64,000 nt of DNA. Source: Geosiphon pyriformis uo1. Its lineage: Eukaryota > Fungi > Glomeromycota. Below are positions 1-11,848 of the stretch, one piece after another. Position numbers and translations under genes: made by a program. The stretch spans positions 1 to 64,000 of the forward strand of contig JAAOMT010000112.1 of NCBI GenBank assembly GCA_016748015.1, in the 5' to 3' direction. The stretch's first letter is position 1, and every line of letters starts with the position of its first letter. The notes under the pieces are model-generated. The model did no database searches. It saw only the letters and a list, made by a program, of their open reading frames with translations, and had not been told where the DNA came from.

Positions 1-619
1 GTTAACGACACTGGTAATTCGGATTTTGGTGTTCCTTGGATTCGTGAGTCGTGATTCGTTAGTCGTTAGTCGTTAGTCATACTGGTTATAGCTGTTTGTG
101 TTCGTGAGTTGGTGGACGCCGGTAATTTGTCGTTGGTAGTTGATAAAGGCAAGAGTAATCATATATAGGATAAAATTTTGCTTGAAGGCAGAGAACACCT
201 CTTTATATATGTTACTGCCTCTAAGTTGTTGATTTCGATATTGGCTGTTTATCAAAAATTACGCGTTTGTATTTCACGCGAAAACAAGAATATAAGGGTG
301 GAGTTAACTAGACCTCCCTAGTTTTTAAAATGTAGTCATTAAACGTGTTTTCTATCTAGGTTTAAAGACAAAGCGTCACTTTTTGAAACCTTGTAAACAG
401 TTAAGTACTTTCTGGAATTTATTTTAGAATAAACAACAGTCATGAGGATCCGCGTAATATTAAGCTGATTCTCATGACTCGTTTTTTTTGACTCGGCTAT
501 CCTAAAATGGCTAAATATAATCAGTATGGGAAATCAAATTCACATCCCCCTTAAAACCGTGGGACCCATTATCACAATGTAAATGGTCAGTGATTAAGTA
601 CATGGCGTCCATATTTCGT
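1..619. repeat. Near-identical duplicate of 1339-1986, ending at an N-gap
   Basis: Sequence matches 1339-1986 (offset 1338, then 1367 after a 29-bp indel bounded by ACCT microhomology); identical 60-aa ORFs at 73-255 and 1411-1593; copy stops exactly at the 20-N gap 620-639. Confidence 0.9.
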
Positions 620-767
620 NNNNNNNNNNNNNNNNNNNNGAAGTCGCGCATTTTTGGTGGCCGGTGGTTATTCGAATGTTGAGTTGCGAATTATTGGTAG
701 GTGGTTATATTTGAATGTTGAAGTCGCGCATTTTTGATGGCCGGTGGTTATCCGTCAATTGTTGGTT

Positions 768-916
768 TCAAACTAGAGTCAATCTCAATAGGGTCTTCTT
801 TTCCCACCGATTTTGCCAAGCCCGTTCCCTTGGCTGTGGTTTCACTACATAGTAGATAGGAAGAGTTTAACCCATGATGCACATCATTAACCATCAGTGG
901 AAACAGACATTTAGCT
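768..916 (-). pseudogene. Degraded 28S (LSU) rRNA fragment
   Basis: Plus strand TCAAACTAGAGTCAATCTCAATAGGGTCTTCTTTTCCCACCGATTTTGCCAAGCCCGTTCCCTTGGCTGTGGTTTCACTACATAGTAGATAGG resembles the antisense of the conserved eukaryotic LSU segment ...CTATCTACTATCTAGCGAAACCACAGCCAAGGGAACGGGCTTGGC...GAAGACCCTGTTGAGCTTGACTCTAGT; strong to 860, weak to ~916. Confidence 0.85.
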
Positions 917-1085
917 GGAATGCGGCAAGCACAGAGGTTAAATAACAGTTCATGTCATTGACCGTAAGTGGAAGCAGACATTCGGTAGAACGGGTGCACG
1001 CACAGAGGTATAACAATTCATGTCATAAACCGTAAGTGAAAACAGACATTCGGCAGAATGGGTGCATGCACAGAGGTTAGAGAAC
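882..1085. repeat. Degenerate ~68-bp tandem repeat, 3 copies
   Basis: Units start ~882, 953 and 1021 and share TCAT..ACCGTAAGTG.AA.CAGACATT..GCACAGAGGT. Confidence 0.8.
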
Positions 1086-1185
1086 ACCACACTTGGCGAT
1101 ATAAAGGAGTTGGAAACCCCGTGCTTGGTTGAGTTTCTTCGGTTAAGGTTGGGGTTCTTTCCGGTAAAGGATGCCCCCCTCCCTC

Positions 1186-1320
1186 ACCCAACACTTAGAG
1201 CTAGAAGAGATACGTCAACACCCTTACCTGGATTGTTCTATAAACTAGAGGCTTTTAACCTTGGAGACCTGCTGCGGTTATCAGTACGACTCGGGGCGAG
1301 AATGAACCTCTTAGATTTTT
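1186..1320 (-). pseudogene. Second degraded 28S rRNA fragment
   Basis: CCCTTACCTGGATTGTTCTATAAACTAGAGGCTTTTAACCTTGGAGACCTGCTGCGGTTATCAGTACGAC resembles the antisense of LSU ...CCGCAGCAGGTCTCCAAGGTGAACAGCCTCTAGTTGATAGAACAATGTAGGTAAGGG; CCCAACACTTAGAGC upstream resembles the adjacent LSU sequence. Confidence 0.8.
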
Positions 1321-3997
1321 ATTCGTTATTGGTAAGTTGTTAACGACACTGGTAATTCGGATTTTGGTGTTCCTTGGATTCGTGAGTCGTGATTCGTTAG
1401 TCGTTAGTCGTTAGTCATACTGGTTATAGCTGTTTGTGTTCGTGAGTTGGTGGACGCCGGTAATTTGTCGTTGGTAGTTGATAAAGGCAAGAGTAATCAT
1501 ATATAGGATAAAATTTTGCTTGAAGGCAGAGAACACCTCTTTATATATGTTACTGCCTCTAAGTTGTTGATTTCGATATTGGCTGTTTATCAAAAATTAC
1601 GCGTTTGTATTTCACGCGAAAACAAGAATATAAGGGTGGAGTTAACTAGACCTTTTTAGTAAATTTGATTTGAAGATAACCTCCCTAGTTTTTAAAATGT
1701 AGTCATTAAACGTGTTTTCTATCTAGGTTTAAAGACAAAGCATCACTTTTTGAAACCTTGTAAACAGTTAAGTACTTTCTGGAATTTATTTTAGAATAAA
1801 CAACAGTCATGAGGATCCGCGTAATATTAAGCTGATTCTCATGACTCGTTTTTTTTGACTCGACTATCCTAAAATGGCTAAATATAATCAGTATGGGAAA
1901 TCAAATTCACATCCCCCTTAAAACCGTGGGACCCATTATCACAATGTAAATGGTCAGTGATTAAGTACATGGCGTCCATATTTCGTAGTCGAAAACACAA
2001 TCGGAAGTGCCTCTAATCTAATGCTAGTGTTTAGGCGTCACACTGACATCCCTTCCCTCTTTTGGTTTTATCGTTCATGGAAATAGACCTTTTATTGCGT
2101 TATACGAATACCCCCGTTTTTTAAAGTGTAAATTTTCATACTAAATTCTATTAATAAGCTTATCTATCAAACATTTAGACTATCTATTTTTTGAAATAAT
2201 TGTGTCATTTAGTTATTCATTAATTTACTTAATAATAAAATTGAAATAAGCTCTTATTTGAATAATAAAGAAAATTTTAATTTTTATCATTCCACAGAGG
2301 ATGGCCAAAATTATGCGACCACGTTATTTTTGATGAATTCAGTTAAAAAAAATATCATGAAGGTTTTGTTTATAATCGATGACTCTGTGCTATCATATCC
2401 ATGTACTTTTGTATAGAAAATCTATTTCTGAACATACAATAGATTGTAATCTCATATCTGCTATGAATAAAACACATCATAGGAAACAAGTCAAATTATT
2501 AAAATTAAAATATTAAAAAGATACTTTTTCCTGAAAATATTTTACATAAGAAAATATCGTTCCATATGATCCCAAAGTTGACACAGCTGGAATTGCGATA
2601 TTACTGTGGCCTGATTGAAAATCTTTGAAAGTTTATGATTGTTGTCGTACTTCACACCACTATTTAATCATCCAGAACTTAACAAGCCCGGAATCATCTT
2701 TTTTATAATAAAAATTTAATCGAAAATATATAATTGCCGCAAATAAAAGAACAATTAAAGAGTGTTTTTTGTATAAAATTAATAAATACCTTGATTAATT
2801 TATGCACAAATAAAAAAAGTGATTTAAAATATATCTGCATATATTTTCTATAAATACTTTTAAAAAAATATTTAAAAATTGTATATATTAAAGATCAAAT
2901 TTTCAAATAATATTGATTTCGATTTATTAATTAATCAAAAAATGAATCTTTGATTAAAATTAAATTTGTAACTAATAAGTAAAAACATATAATAAAAAAA
3001 GAAAAAAAGAGCTTTGAATTAAATATTGTAAATTATTCAATAAAAGAAATAAATAGAATTTAGAATAATAAGAAAGACATTTGGAAATTTTAAACTATTT
3101 TAATTAGATTTTTCTAAAAAGTTTAAACAACTCAGTCAATAATCAAGTCAACAATTTGTTTTTAAAATAAAATATTATTCTGTATAACTAATATATAGTA
3201 ACTGAATAAAAAATTAACTATAATATTAATATTGGCCAATTATTGTTAACAAATCTAAGAAGTTTGGTAAAAAAAATTGATTTTTCAATAAAACTTAAAG
3301 TGCAAAATATTCTAAAAATATTTTATGCTACAAGATCATTTTTAATAAGAAATAATTGGCAATTTTTACATTCAAATAATAATAATTATTTTATATAAAT
3401 TTCCAGTAATAACATATTTTTAATTAAAAGTAAAGTATTGAATTGTTTATTTTTAAAAGAATTATAAACAAGATCTTAAAATCAAAAAACTTTATTAATT
3501 TTAACAAAAAGATTTTTTTATAAAACAATATCTTTAAAAAAGTAGATATTTTATAAGAATCTTGCTGAGATTTTTTTATTTTTTAAATGTTTTTTGTATT
3601 TTAACAAAAACTTTAATTAAATTTTTTCAAAAAATTTTTTTTTTATATCTAATCTAAAACTTAAAATCTTAGATTTCTTATACAATCTCTTTTTAAAACA
3701 ATAAATTTCAAGTTTCTGTAATTTCAAAAAAATCAAAGTAATATCTATATATATTATAAGTTGAAACAGAATTTAAGTTAATTCAAAATCAATTTAAGTT
3801 GATTTGGAATTTTAATTCAACTTGAATTAATTCTGAATTATTAATTTAATATTGTGTTAATTTTGAATTAACTTAACTTATTATATTATTTGGTCAATTG
3901 ATCAATAAAAAGTTTTTCTTTTATTAATTAATTAAAAAAATCAAAGTTTTAATATTTAACACATTTTTTTATAGCTTTTTAATACTATTTATTATTA

Positions 3998-5170
3998 TTT
4001 TTTTTTATTAAAGTTTAACGAGCAAGGCCCAAAAGCTACCTAGAACAATACATCAAAAAATTGATCTAAACTAGGTACTAATCATGCATTTTCTACACGT
4101 AACCAGCCACTCAGACCAGTCAAGAACACACTATGCTAATGCTACAGAAGAAAACTTATTCAAAGACAACATTTTTTGAATAACAAAAAACAAAGTAAAA
4201 CTACAAAAAACCAAACCAACTAGCCACTCAGCAGTTTTAAATGGATCAGTTTTAATATCAACAGACTCATGCTCCCAAAGAAACATTAAGTTAGAAAACA
4301 TCTCATCACTCACAATAAACAGAAGCTCCAAATTACCAGACATATCAATGTTCTCTATGCAGCATTCTTTTTTCAAAGAAACCACTTCTCTCCCCAACTT
4401 ACCAACAGTTCTATTAAAGGAACTCATATGCACTAAAATCTCATTAATCTTAAGACCAAAAGCACTACTTAAAACCAAATTACCATTAATAAACTGTTCA
4501 AAAGTTGTAACCAAAGAGCCAATAGACTTAACAATAGACTCAACCAAAGCAAAAAGCTTAGTTAAATCAGATTCTAAAAAAGACAGACAAGACAGCACCA
4601 AAAGATTATCAACAACAGCTGGAGAAGAAACAAGAGGTAACAGAAATGGAAATCCAGAAGAGTCCAAGGGAGCAGAAGCCTTAGCATAAGATCTAAGACC
4701 AACAAAGTATGATGTAAACATCTTGGGAAACTTAGAAGGTGGAAGTAAAGAAACCTTATAGTCCACAGCCAAATGACCCAGCTATTAACAATTGAAACAA
4801 CGCCAACAATTAGGAGTTTTCTACCAAATATGGCATTTTCTCAGCATACCAGTTTTAACAATAGCAGAGTCCAAATCAGCTTGGGAACCAAATGTAATCA
4901 GAGCAAACCAGAAACAATGACCAGACTCAAGAGAACGAAGGATAAAACAAGTCCGACTACCAACTTAAGAAATCATATTATTAATCTTAAAAGCTGTGCA
5001 GCCAGGAAGAAAATTGACCAACTTGGCCTTAAACTTATTATGAAACAAAATAGTCTCATTTTGATTTACCAGAAAGAGAATTCTAACACTATCCTTGCCC
5101 ACCAAGACTAACCAATGATTCAAAGCAGACACAGCAGAGTCCAACTTTTTAAAATAAACTACTACATACT
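3998..5170 (-). mobile_element. ORF1-only (HAL1-like) non-autonomous retroposon, copy 1, 5' truncated
   Basis: Minus-strand frame QYVVVYFKKLDSAVSALNHWLVLVGKDSVRI...SRTCFI...CFNC**LGHLAVDYK continues into ORF 4131-4772; its stop is followed directly by the LINE-type 3' UTR (4007-4130) and polyA (polyT 3998-4006); no ORF2. Confidence 0.8.
4131..5170 (-). pseudogene. Divergent ORF1/gag-like protein (RRM-like region, decayed CCHC knuckle, coiled-coil-like region, unique C-terminal domain)
   Basis: Shares W.VL.GKDSVR, G.TCFI and CxxC-xxxx-H-xxxx-(C) motifs with LINE ORF1 in this window; has in-frame stops. Confidence 0.75.
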
Positions 5171-5213
5171 GGTTTGTTATTTGATTTGAGACCCTAAATA
5201 ATTACCTGTAATA
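5171..5213 (+). repeat. Inverted terminal fragment of the Gypsy LTR
   Basis: TTGTTATTTGATTTGAGACCCTAAATAATTACCTGTAATA is the reverse complement of the LTR end at 6247-6286 (TGTTACAGGTAATTATTTGGGATCTCAAATCAAATAACAA). Confidence 0.8.
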
Positions 5214-6246
5214 TCATTGAGCCATACTTGGGCATCATCCTCATTATTGGTAAATTTTTTTATTTTGGCAATTGGAGTGTAGACCATTGATTGTTGTTGT
5301 GGTTGCTGCTAGATTTGTTGTTGGGATAGTGGTTGTGGCTGTTATTGCTGTTTGGTGATTGGTGGGGTGGATGGTAGATTGATCTCGATTATTGGAGGTA
5401 AGTTTTGTTAATTAATTACATCAGAGTTTTGATTGTTCTGATTTTCTGGAGTTTAATTAACCAGAGTTTTAATTTCTGAATTTTTTAGGATTGGATTTTG
5501 CTTGTTAACTTTCTGATTATTACTCTTCTCTTCCTTAGAGTCAGTTATTTCCCAAAGACTAACAGCTCTAAAATCTGGTTGTGGTGGTAGTAATTGAATT
5601 TCTGATGGCATTAGAAATCATGATTTAAATCTCTCAAAATAATTGCCATATGTTCTTAATAATTCTGCTTTCTTTTGTTTACTTTGGAATAAAATTCTGT
5701 TTAATAGCATTGTCATGCTTGTTGTAACTGTGATTATTATATTAATAGTGCTTCTAGATGTGTGATGATATGATAGATTAGCAGGTGAATCAAATTTTTG
5801 TTTCTTTCAAGTGGGTAGTTGGATTTGCTTTGGTGTTCCTGCTGGTGTTTGTAACCTTCCTTTTCTTTTGTCAGCAAAAGTAATAGAAAATTTCTGTTTG
5901 ATGTATTTTTTAATTTTCCGGTTTATTTCTGTAATTAGGGGTGCAAATAGATAGTTTTGTGGAAGAGTGGTGCTTTGGAGCAATTCACTAAAAAAGTTGT
6001 TAAAGACAGATTCTGAATCTTTTTGGCCTCCCAAGTAATATACTATTTTTTTGTTGACATAGCAATTGAAAGCTGATTCTGTTGGCCAACTATTATTTAT
6101 TAATCCAAGATGGGTGTGATAATATTGAAATAAAGATTTTGCAAATTCTAAATGGTTTGTTCCTATTTTTTCAGATTCTGCCACTGTTTGGATGGGGTTG
6201 TTGGTGCTGGTTTTCTGTAGAATTATATCTTATAGGGAGCACCAAA
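5214..6246 (-). pseudogene. Ty3/Gypsy gag 5' region with PBS (second subfamily, truncated)
   Basis: ORF 5807-6184 and downstream PIAKIKKFTNNEDDAQVWLND are homologous to the gag at 37200-38283; PBS TTTGGTGCTCCCT abuts the LTR. Confidence 0.8.
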
Positions 6247-7107
6247 TGTTACAGGTAATTATTTGGGATCTCAAATCAAATAACAACTTATAACTTGGTG
6301 CTCAATTGATTGAATGATGGTGGTGGTTTTTGAAGGTAATATTGACCTGAAGGTTTTGTTGTAGAGTTTTTTGTATAATGGACAGAGATTTAATAGTGTT
6401 TATCCATAGCTTCTTAAAACTGCAGTTTTGTCAATTTCTTTTTTAGCATGATGGCCAGTATTCCTCTTGATAAACTATCTTCAATTGAGTGTTCTACTCT
6501 TATTTCTGGGTTTTTTACTAATTACTTTGACATCAGTATTTTGCACATTATTTTTTTTTAATTAATTAGTACACAACAATATAATCACAGAAATAAAAAA
6601 AAAAAATTAAAAAAAAATTAAAAAAAAAAAAATAAGCCAAGGCAATTTGTAAATTAGTATCTCATCAATAGCTATGATCAAGAGCTATTGTTCCAGTATG
6701 GTTAAGTATTACTTGTTATCAACATGAAGTGTTGATAGTGAAGAGTGAAATTGGAAATAGTAAATAATTATTTATTAATATTTGTGATTTGAAAGGTTGT
6801 TTAGATCAACTCTAAACTGGGAGTTCTGTCTTTTCTACTTCTAATACTATTGCTATATATATATAATTGAGATTCCTTAATTCCTCAATTTTTCACACCA
6901 AAAATTCTGGAATTCCTGAAATCTTGCAATTTCTTTTGAGAGGAATTCTGGAATTCTGGAATCCTGCAATTCTTTGTACAAGAATTCTGAAATTCCTGGA
7001 ATCTTGCAATTTCTCTTGAGAAGAATCCTGAAATTCCACATTTACTATGGCTACTTCTGATTGGCTAATTTATATGCTAATATACTTTCTATATTTTATA
7101 AGTAACA
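6247..7107 (-). repeat. 5' LTR of the truncated Gypsy copy
   Basis: TGTTAC...GTAACA termini; colinear similarity with the LTRs at 28980-29849 and 38342-39181, including the GGAATTCC-type repeats and TATA run. Confidence 0.85.
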
Positions 7108-9885
7108 ACATCTTGTTTTTTTGTCTATTCTTCTATAATTCTATTAATACTGATTTTTACTTTATCAGATTCAAGCACCAAATCTCTTTTAACCACCAAA
7201 TAATCCAAAATAATCTTGTAAAAAAGCCATTCCAAAATACTTTCTATTATACTTCTTTTATCAAAACAAAAACTTTTCATATATTTCTTAATTGCTTTCT
7301 TAATAAAAATCTCTTCAACCAATTTTAACTCATAATATTTAGACTTTTTATAATTTTTTCTGACCAATAACAAATGTTTAATAATATTCATTAATTTTGT
7401 ATTATTTTAAATCATATTTATAACTTTAAAAATCTCTTTATTATTCAAGATAAACTATTTATTAACTAAATAATCAAAGTTAGATGTATTATTCAGACTT
7501 ATTTTTTTAATTATTTTAATTACCAATATTTTCAATTCAAAAAACTTTAAAAATTGTCTGTTTTTTAAACAATTAAACACTATTATAGATAAACTTAGTA
7601 GAATATTGTAGTAATATTTGGTGTTTTAATTTGGATAAAAAAAACTTAAAAGTCTTTATTTTGAATATTTGAAATAAGTTATTAATATTAGTCTTTAAAG
7701 ATTTTTTACTTGTTTTATCTATAGAGTTTTTTAGTTATAAGGCACAAAAAAGTATTTAGTTGTTTGTAACTTATATATGTAAGCTATTTTCTTTAAGCTA
7801 ATTCCAAATTTACATGTCAATAAACAATGTTTTCTTGTTTAGCAGAAACATTAATACTTTAAATATTGCATATAACAAACTTTTAAACTAAGTCATTTAT
7901 TAAGAGGAAAGATGTATCAAAGAACTTAAACCAGACACAACTGATTTAATTTCATTAAAATTAAACCAATAAAAATTTCAAAAGCAATTATTTTTGATTT
8001 TAGACTACTTATTTTGGTAGCAAAGATCTTTAAGCTATTTTAACTCAAATTCAAAGTCCTATCTTTTGCTACTAAAAAAAGAAGAAAAAATAACACTAGT
8101 GAAGTATCCAAAATTATGTTTAAATTCAATTTTAAATTTAATGTCACAGATATAATTGAAAAAAAAAATTAAAAAACAGATGCCAGAAATATCAAATTTA
8201 TATTGTTTAGTTTTTATATAATACTAAACATTTAATCAGCCAAAAGCTTCAAGAAGTATTTCAAAGAAACCAGATAAACATCAATAAATGAATTGTCTTA
8301 AACAGAAAAATTTTTACCAACACATAAAGTGTTAAAAAGAAATAGCCCAAAACCAAATCAAAATAAAGACTATTAAAAAAGACAGTAATTAAAACTATTT
8401 GTGTTTATAATTTGTTATTAAAAACAGTAAAATGTAAAATAAAAACATTTTTTTTTATGTACAATCTGACCAATTGAAAACAACTCTTATTTATTGCAAT
8501 TTTTTTATAAACTTTTAAAGATAGCAAAAAAAATACACTTAATATATTACACTTCAAATTTAAATGTTTAAAATGCTTACACTATTCACATTAAACCAGA
8601 TTTAACTTAGTCTAAGAGAGCTTAATATTATTCAAAATTGGCTCTGTACAAAAAACCAACTCCAATTTTTTTTTAATTTGAAGCTAATCACTACATAATA
8701 AATTTTATTGCCAGTTTCAAATAATTAATTAATACCACAAGTTTTTTTATCAGTTTTTTTCAATAGAGTACCAAGATTATAAACAGTTGTTTCCATAAAA
8801 AGAGTAAACAAAAATTTCTTGAATTAATTTCTAAACATCTAAGTATTGTAATTTTTTATAGTTTTTGTTACACATATTGAATTTTTTTTGATTAAAAATA
8901 ACCAATTAACTGTTAACTGATCTGTTTAAACCAATTCAGCAAATTCTACTATAGTTTTCTGTTATAGTTTAATTAGTTGCAATCAGATTAATATTACTTG
9001 ACCAAACTTAAAAAAGCTGGAATAAATTTTTTTTTGGCATATTTATGAAAATTTTTTTAATTACAACAGCTTAATATAAATAAAAACTTTGTTTTTTAAA
9101 ATCATTGTTTACAATAATGCTTTTTTTTTGACTAATAACATGGTTTTTTTTATGTTTTTCTCTAATATAAATATTAATCTAATAATTTTTTCAAATTTTG
9201 AAAAAGTAATAACTTCTTTAAAATTATTGATTATTGAAAAAAGTTTTCTAATAAACTGAGTTTTTATTATTGTTAATTTGTCATATATTGTTAAAAAATT
9301 AATATCTAAAGCAAAAAATTTTTTAACAGATACTTCTATTTAAGTTTTTGTTATTTTAGAATCAATTTGTTTTTTATTTAGGACAAAAAGAGAAAAAAAC
9401 CTTATTATTATTTATGTTATAGTTAAAAAAACCAATCAAAGAGCCAAAAACAGCATTAATATTGACTTATTTAACTTTAGAAATATTTGTTTTAGGATTA
9501 AACCACTTTTTTTTTTTATTTGTTTTATAATTAGTATTATCATTCAGAAAAACCACTTTAAAAGCATTTTCATCTGTATTCATTCTAATATACTGACCAA
9601 CAATATGCTTTAAACTATTAAAACTTAAATTTGCTCTATTACTTAAATGTTTTACTTTGCCAAAAGAAACTTTTTACTTCTGAACCAAGCTTTTACTAAT
9701 TAAACTTAAAGCCAAAAGTTTGGCTGGTTTTTTTTAACTACAAAACTACTTATGATAACAGCCAACTTAACAACAAAAAAATTTGTTTCTTGAGAAATTG
9801 TAAAATATAAAACAAAAAAACAAAAAACTTCTTTAAAAAATATGCTTTTTGAGAAATTTTTGGATGTAAAAGAGAAAAAAGTTTT
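7108..9885 (-). mobile_element. Heavily decayed LINE (5' end, ORF1, start of ORF2), cut by the LTR at 7107
   Basis: ORF 7125-7391 (RKNYKKSKYYELKLVEEIFIKKAI...ILDYLVV) matches the ORF2 linker; residual ORF1 motifs; family 5' motif ACTTTTTTCTCT on the minus strand at ~9872-9883. Confidence 0.7.
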
Positions 9886-10014
9886 GCAATTTTATTAAAT
9901 ATTAAAATAAAAACGTTATATAAAAATTAAAAAAAAACTTAATATAAGTTAAATTAATCTTTGCAATTTTATTAAACATTAAAATAAAAATTATTTCTTT
10001 AAGAAATTTTTAAT

Positions 10015-10325
10015 ACTTTTTTTATTATTAATATAATTAATAAATAAAGTTCAACCACTATCTAGTATACAAAATTAAACTAAATAATTTAAATTAGATG
10101 TAATTTACACATTTATTACATATAATTAACCATTCAGACCAGACAAAACAATACTATACATTTATGAAAACTCTTATACTATTATTTAAACCAGAAAAAA
10201 AAACATGGCTTATAACTGCCAAAAAGCCTGACTATATTATTTAACAACTCAATTACTAAGTCATCAATCAAACTAAATACCATATTATTATCTTTCACTA
10301 AACCAGCTTTTTTTATCTTAGTCTT
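10015..10325 (-). mobile_element. Short 5'-truncated LINE 3' end (ORF2 C-terminus, 3' UTR, polyA)
   Basis: Minus frame ...FGSYKPCFFFSGLNNSIRVFINV* matches ORF2 ends; decayed 3' UTR follows. Confidence 0.65.
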
Positions 10326-10329
10326 AAAT

Positions 10330-11753
10330 TTGGTTATAAAGGACAATGTAAAGCTTTTTTGTATGGAGTTTGCTTTCTAATAGTCTTTAAAAGCTGTATT
10401 TTTAATTAAACTTAAAAGCTCTGTTTGTTTAATCACTCTTAAAATTGCTAAATTTTTGATAGTTTTTAAGCCTGGTTTTTTTTTGCTATTGTTGTATTGT
10501 ATAATATGTCTTTAAATATGTTTGTTACTAATATTAAAATAGTACTTAATATGTTTGAAAAAGTCATTTATATTGTGCTAAAGCCTGCTAATATTTGGTA
10601 ATATATGACTGTTTACTTCAAAAATTTGGATGCTGTTGTATTTGTTAGTTAGTTTTATTAGATAAAAATAGTATTAAGATTTTTTTTAGTAAATTAAAAT
10701 AAAACTATTTTGTCTTGTAATAAGTTTAAAGCCAAATTGGTCAATTTTTTTTCTAGTTACATTGTTTTTAAAATTAATAATATGGTTTTTTAAATTAATA
10801 ATTAAACTTGTTTTATTTTTTACTTACTTAATTTTGGTTATTATTTTTAATTTGTTTTAATTATGTTTGGCTTATAAAATAATTTAAATACTGTTATTAT
10901 TAAAACTAGTACTTTAAGAAAATATTATATTTAATAAGAAACTTTTGGATGCCAATGTTGTTTTAAATATTAAGACTTAAATCATTTAGCTGTTAATTAT
11001 AAAGTGTTTTTATTTCTTCTTTTTAAGACTTCTAAAATGTTTATATCTTATTTTGTTAGTGCTAAGTTTTATGTTAAGACTGTTATAGTTATATTATCTT
11101 TGGTTTTTATGTCTTTGGTTGGCTCTGCTTTTTTTGTTGCAGTTATAATTAATAATTCTATGGTGTTTTCTTGGTTAACTTCTTTAGAAGCTAATTTGGC
11201 TAAACTTTTTGTATTAATTAAGTTTATTATTAAATTTGTTGGTTTTTTAATTATTATGTTTAAACAATTTATTAATAATAATTTGGTTTTATGTAAAACA
11301 TTTGGCCTTAAAATTAATAAGATTATAATACATATGAATATTTTTAGCAAAATTATTAGTAAGCTAAAACATAAGATAATTGTTTTAAAAACTAAATATA
11401 ATTATAAAAATATTAATATAGTTGGTTTTTAAGTAGATTTGTTTACAATAAATAATAATATATTTTTTATTTTAATGTTACTTTGAGAACACAAATCTGT
11501 TGCTATAAAGACTAATACATTAAAAACAGCCAAATAATTGGTTAAAATAGTTAATAATAGTGCTATATTGTTTAAAATTGTTTAAAAAATGTCTTCTTTA
11601 AATAAGTTTTTTTTAATAATATTAACATAATATAGTTTAAGCTAACTCAAATAATTAGTTATATATAGAAAATATGTAAACTATATTTAGTAATGATATA
11701 CTTAATTTGTGCTTAATATTTAGATAATAGTTAGATTATATAATAATAAAAAA
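10330..11753 (+). mobile_element. ORF1-only (HAL1-like) element, copy 2, more decayed
   Basis: ORF 11004-11432 aligns with 4131-4772 (SLEANLAKLFVL...FKQFINNNLVL..FGLKINKI..HM); homology runs to a stop at ~11630 followed by a decayed LINE 3' UTR and an A-run at 11748-11753. Confidence 0.75.
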
Positions 11754-11848
11754 TATATATTTAATTTTTTTAAAAACCATAATACTTTAATATTCTAATT
11801 TTTAAAATTTAAATTCTTAATAATAATCATATATATTATTATTATTAA

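Noticed and set aside
768-1320. Functional rRNA gene
   Set aside because: Short, discontinuous and mutated in conserved positions
1062-1343. 93-aa ORF as a protein-coding gene
   Set aside because: Non-ATG start, and it overlaps a tandem repeat and antisense 28S-derived sequence
1-1986. LTR pair or real tandem duplication
   Set aside because: The first copy ends exactly at a 20-N gap, and no TG..CA ends, PBS or PPT are seen; an assembly or haplotype artefact is more likely, though unproven
3773-3876. 17-bp inverted repeat (possible MITE)
   Set aside because: Very AT-rich low-complexity context, with no TSD and no second copy in the window
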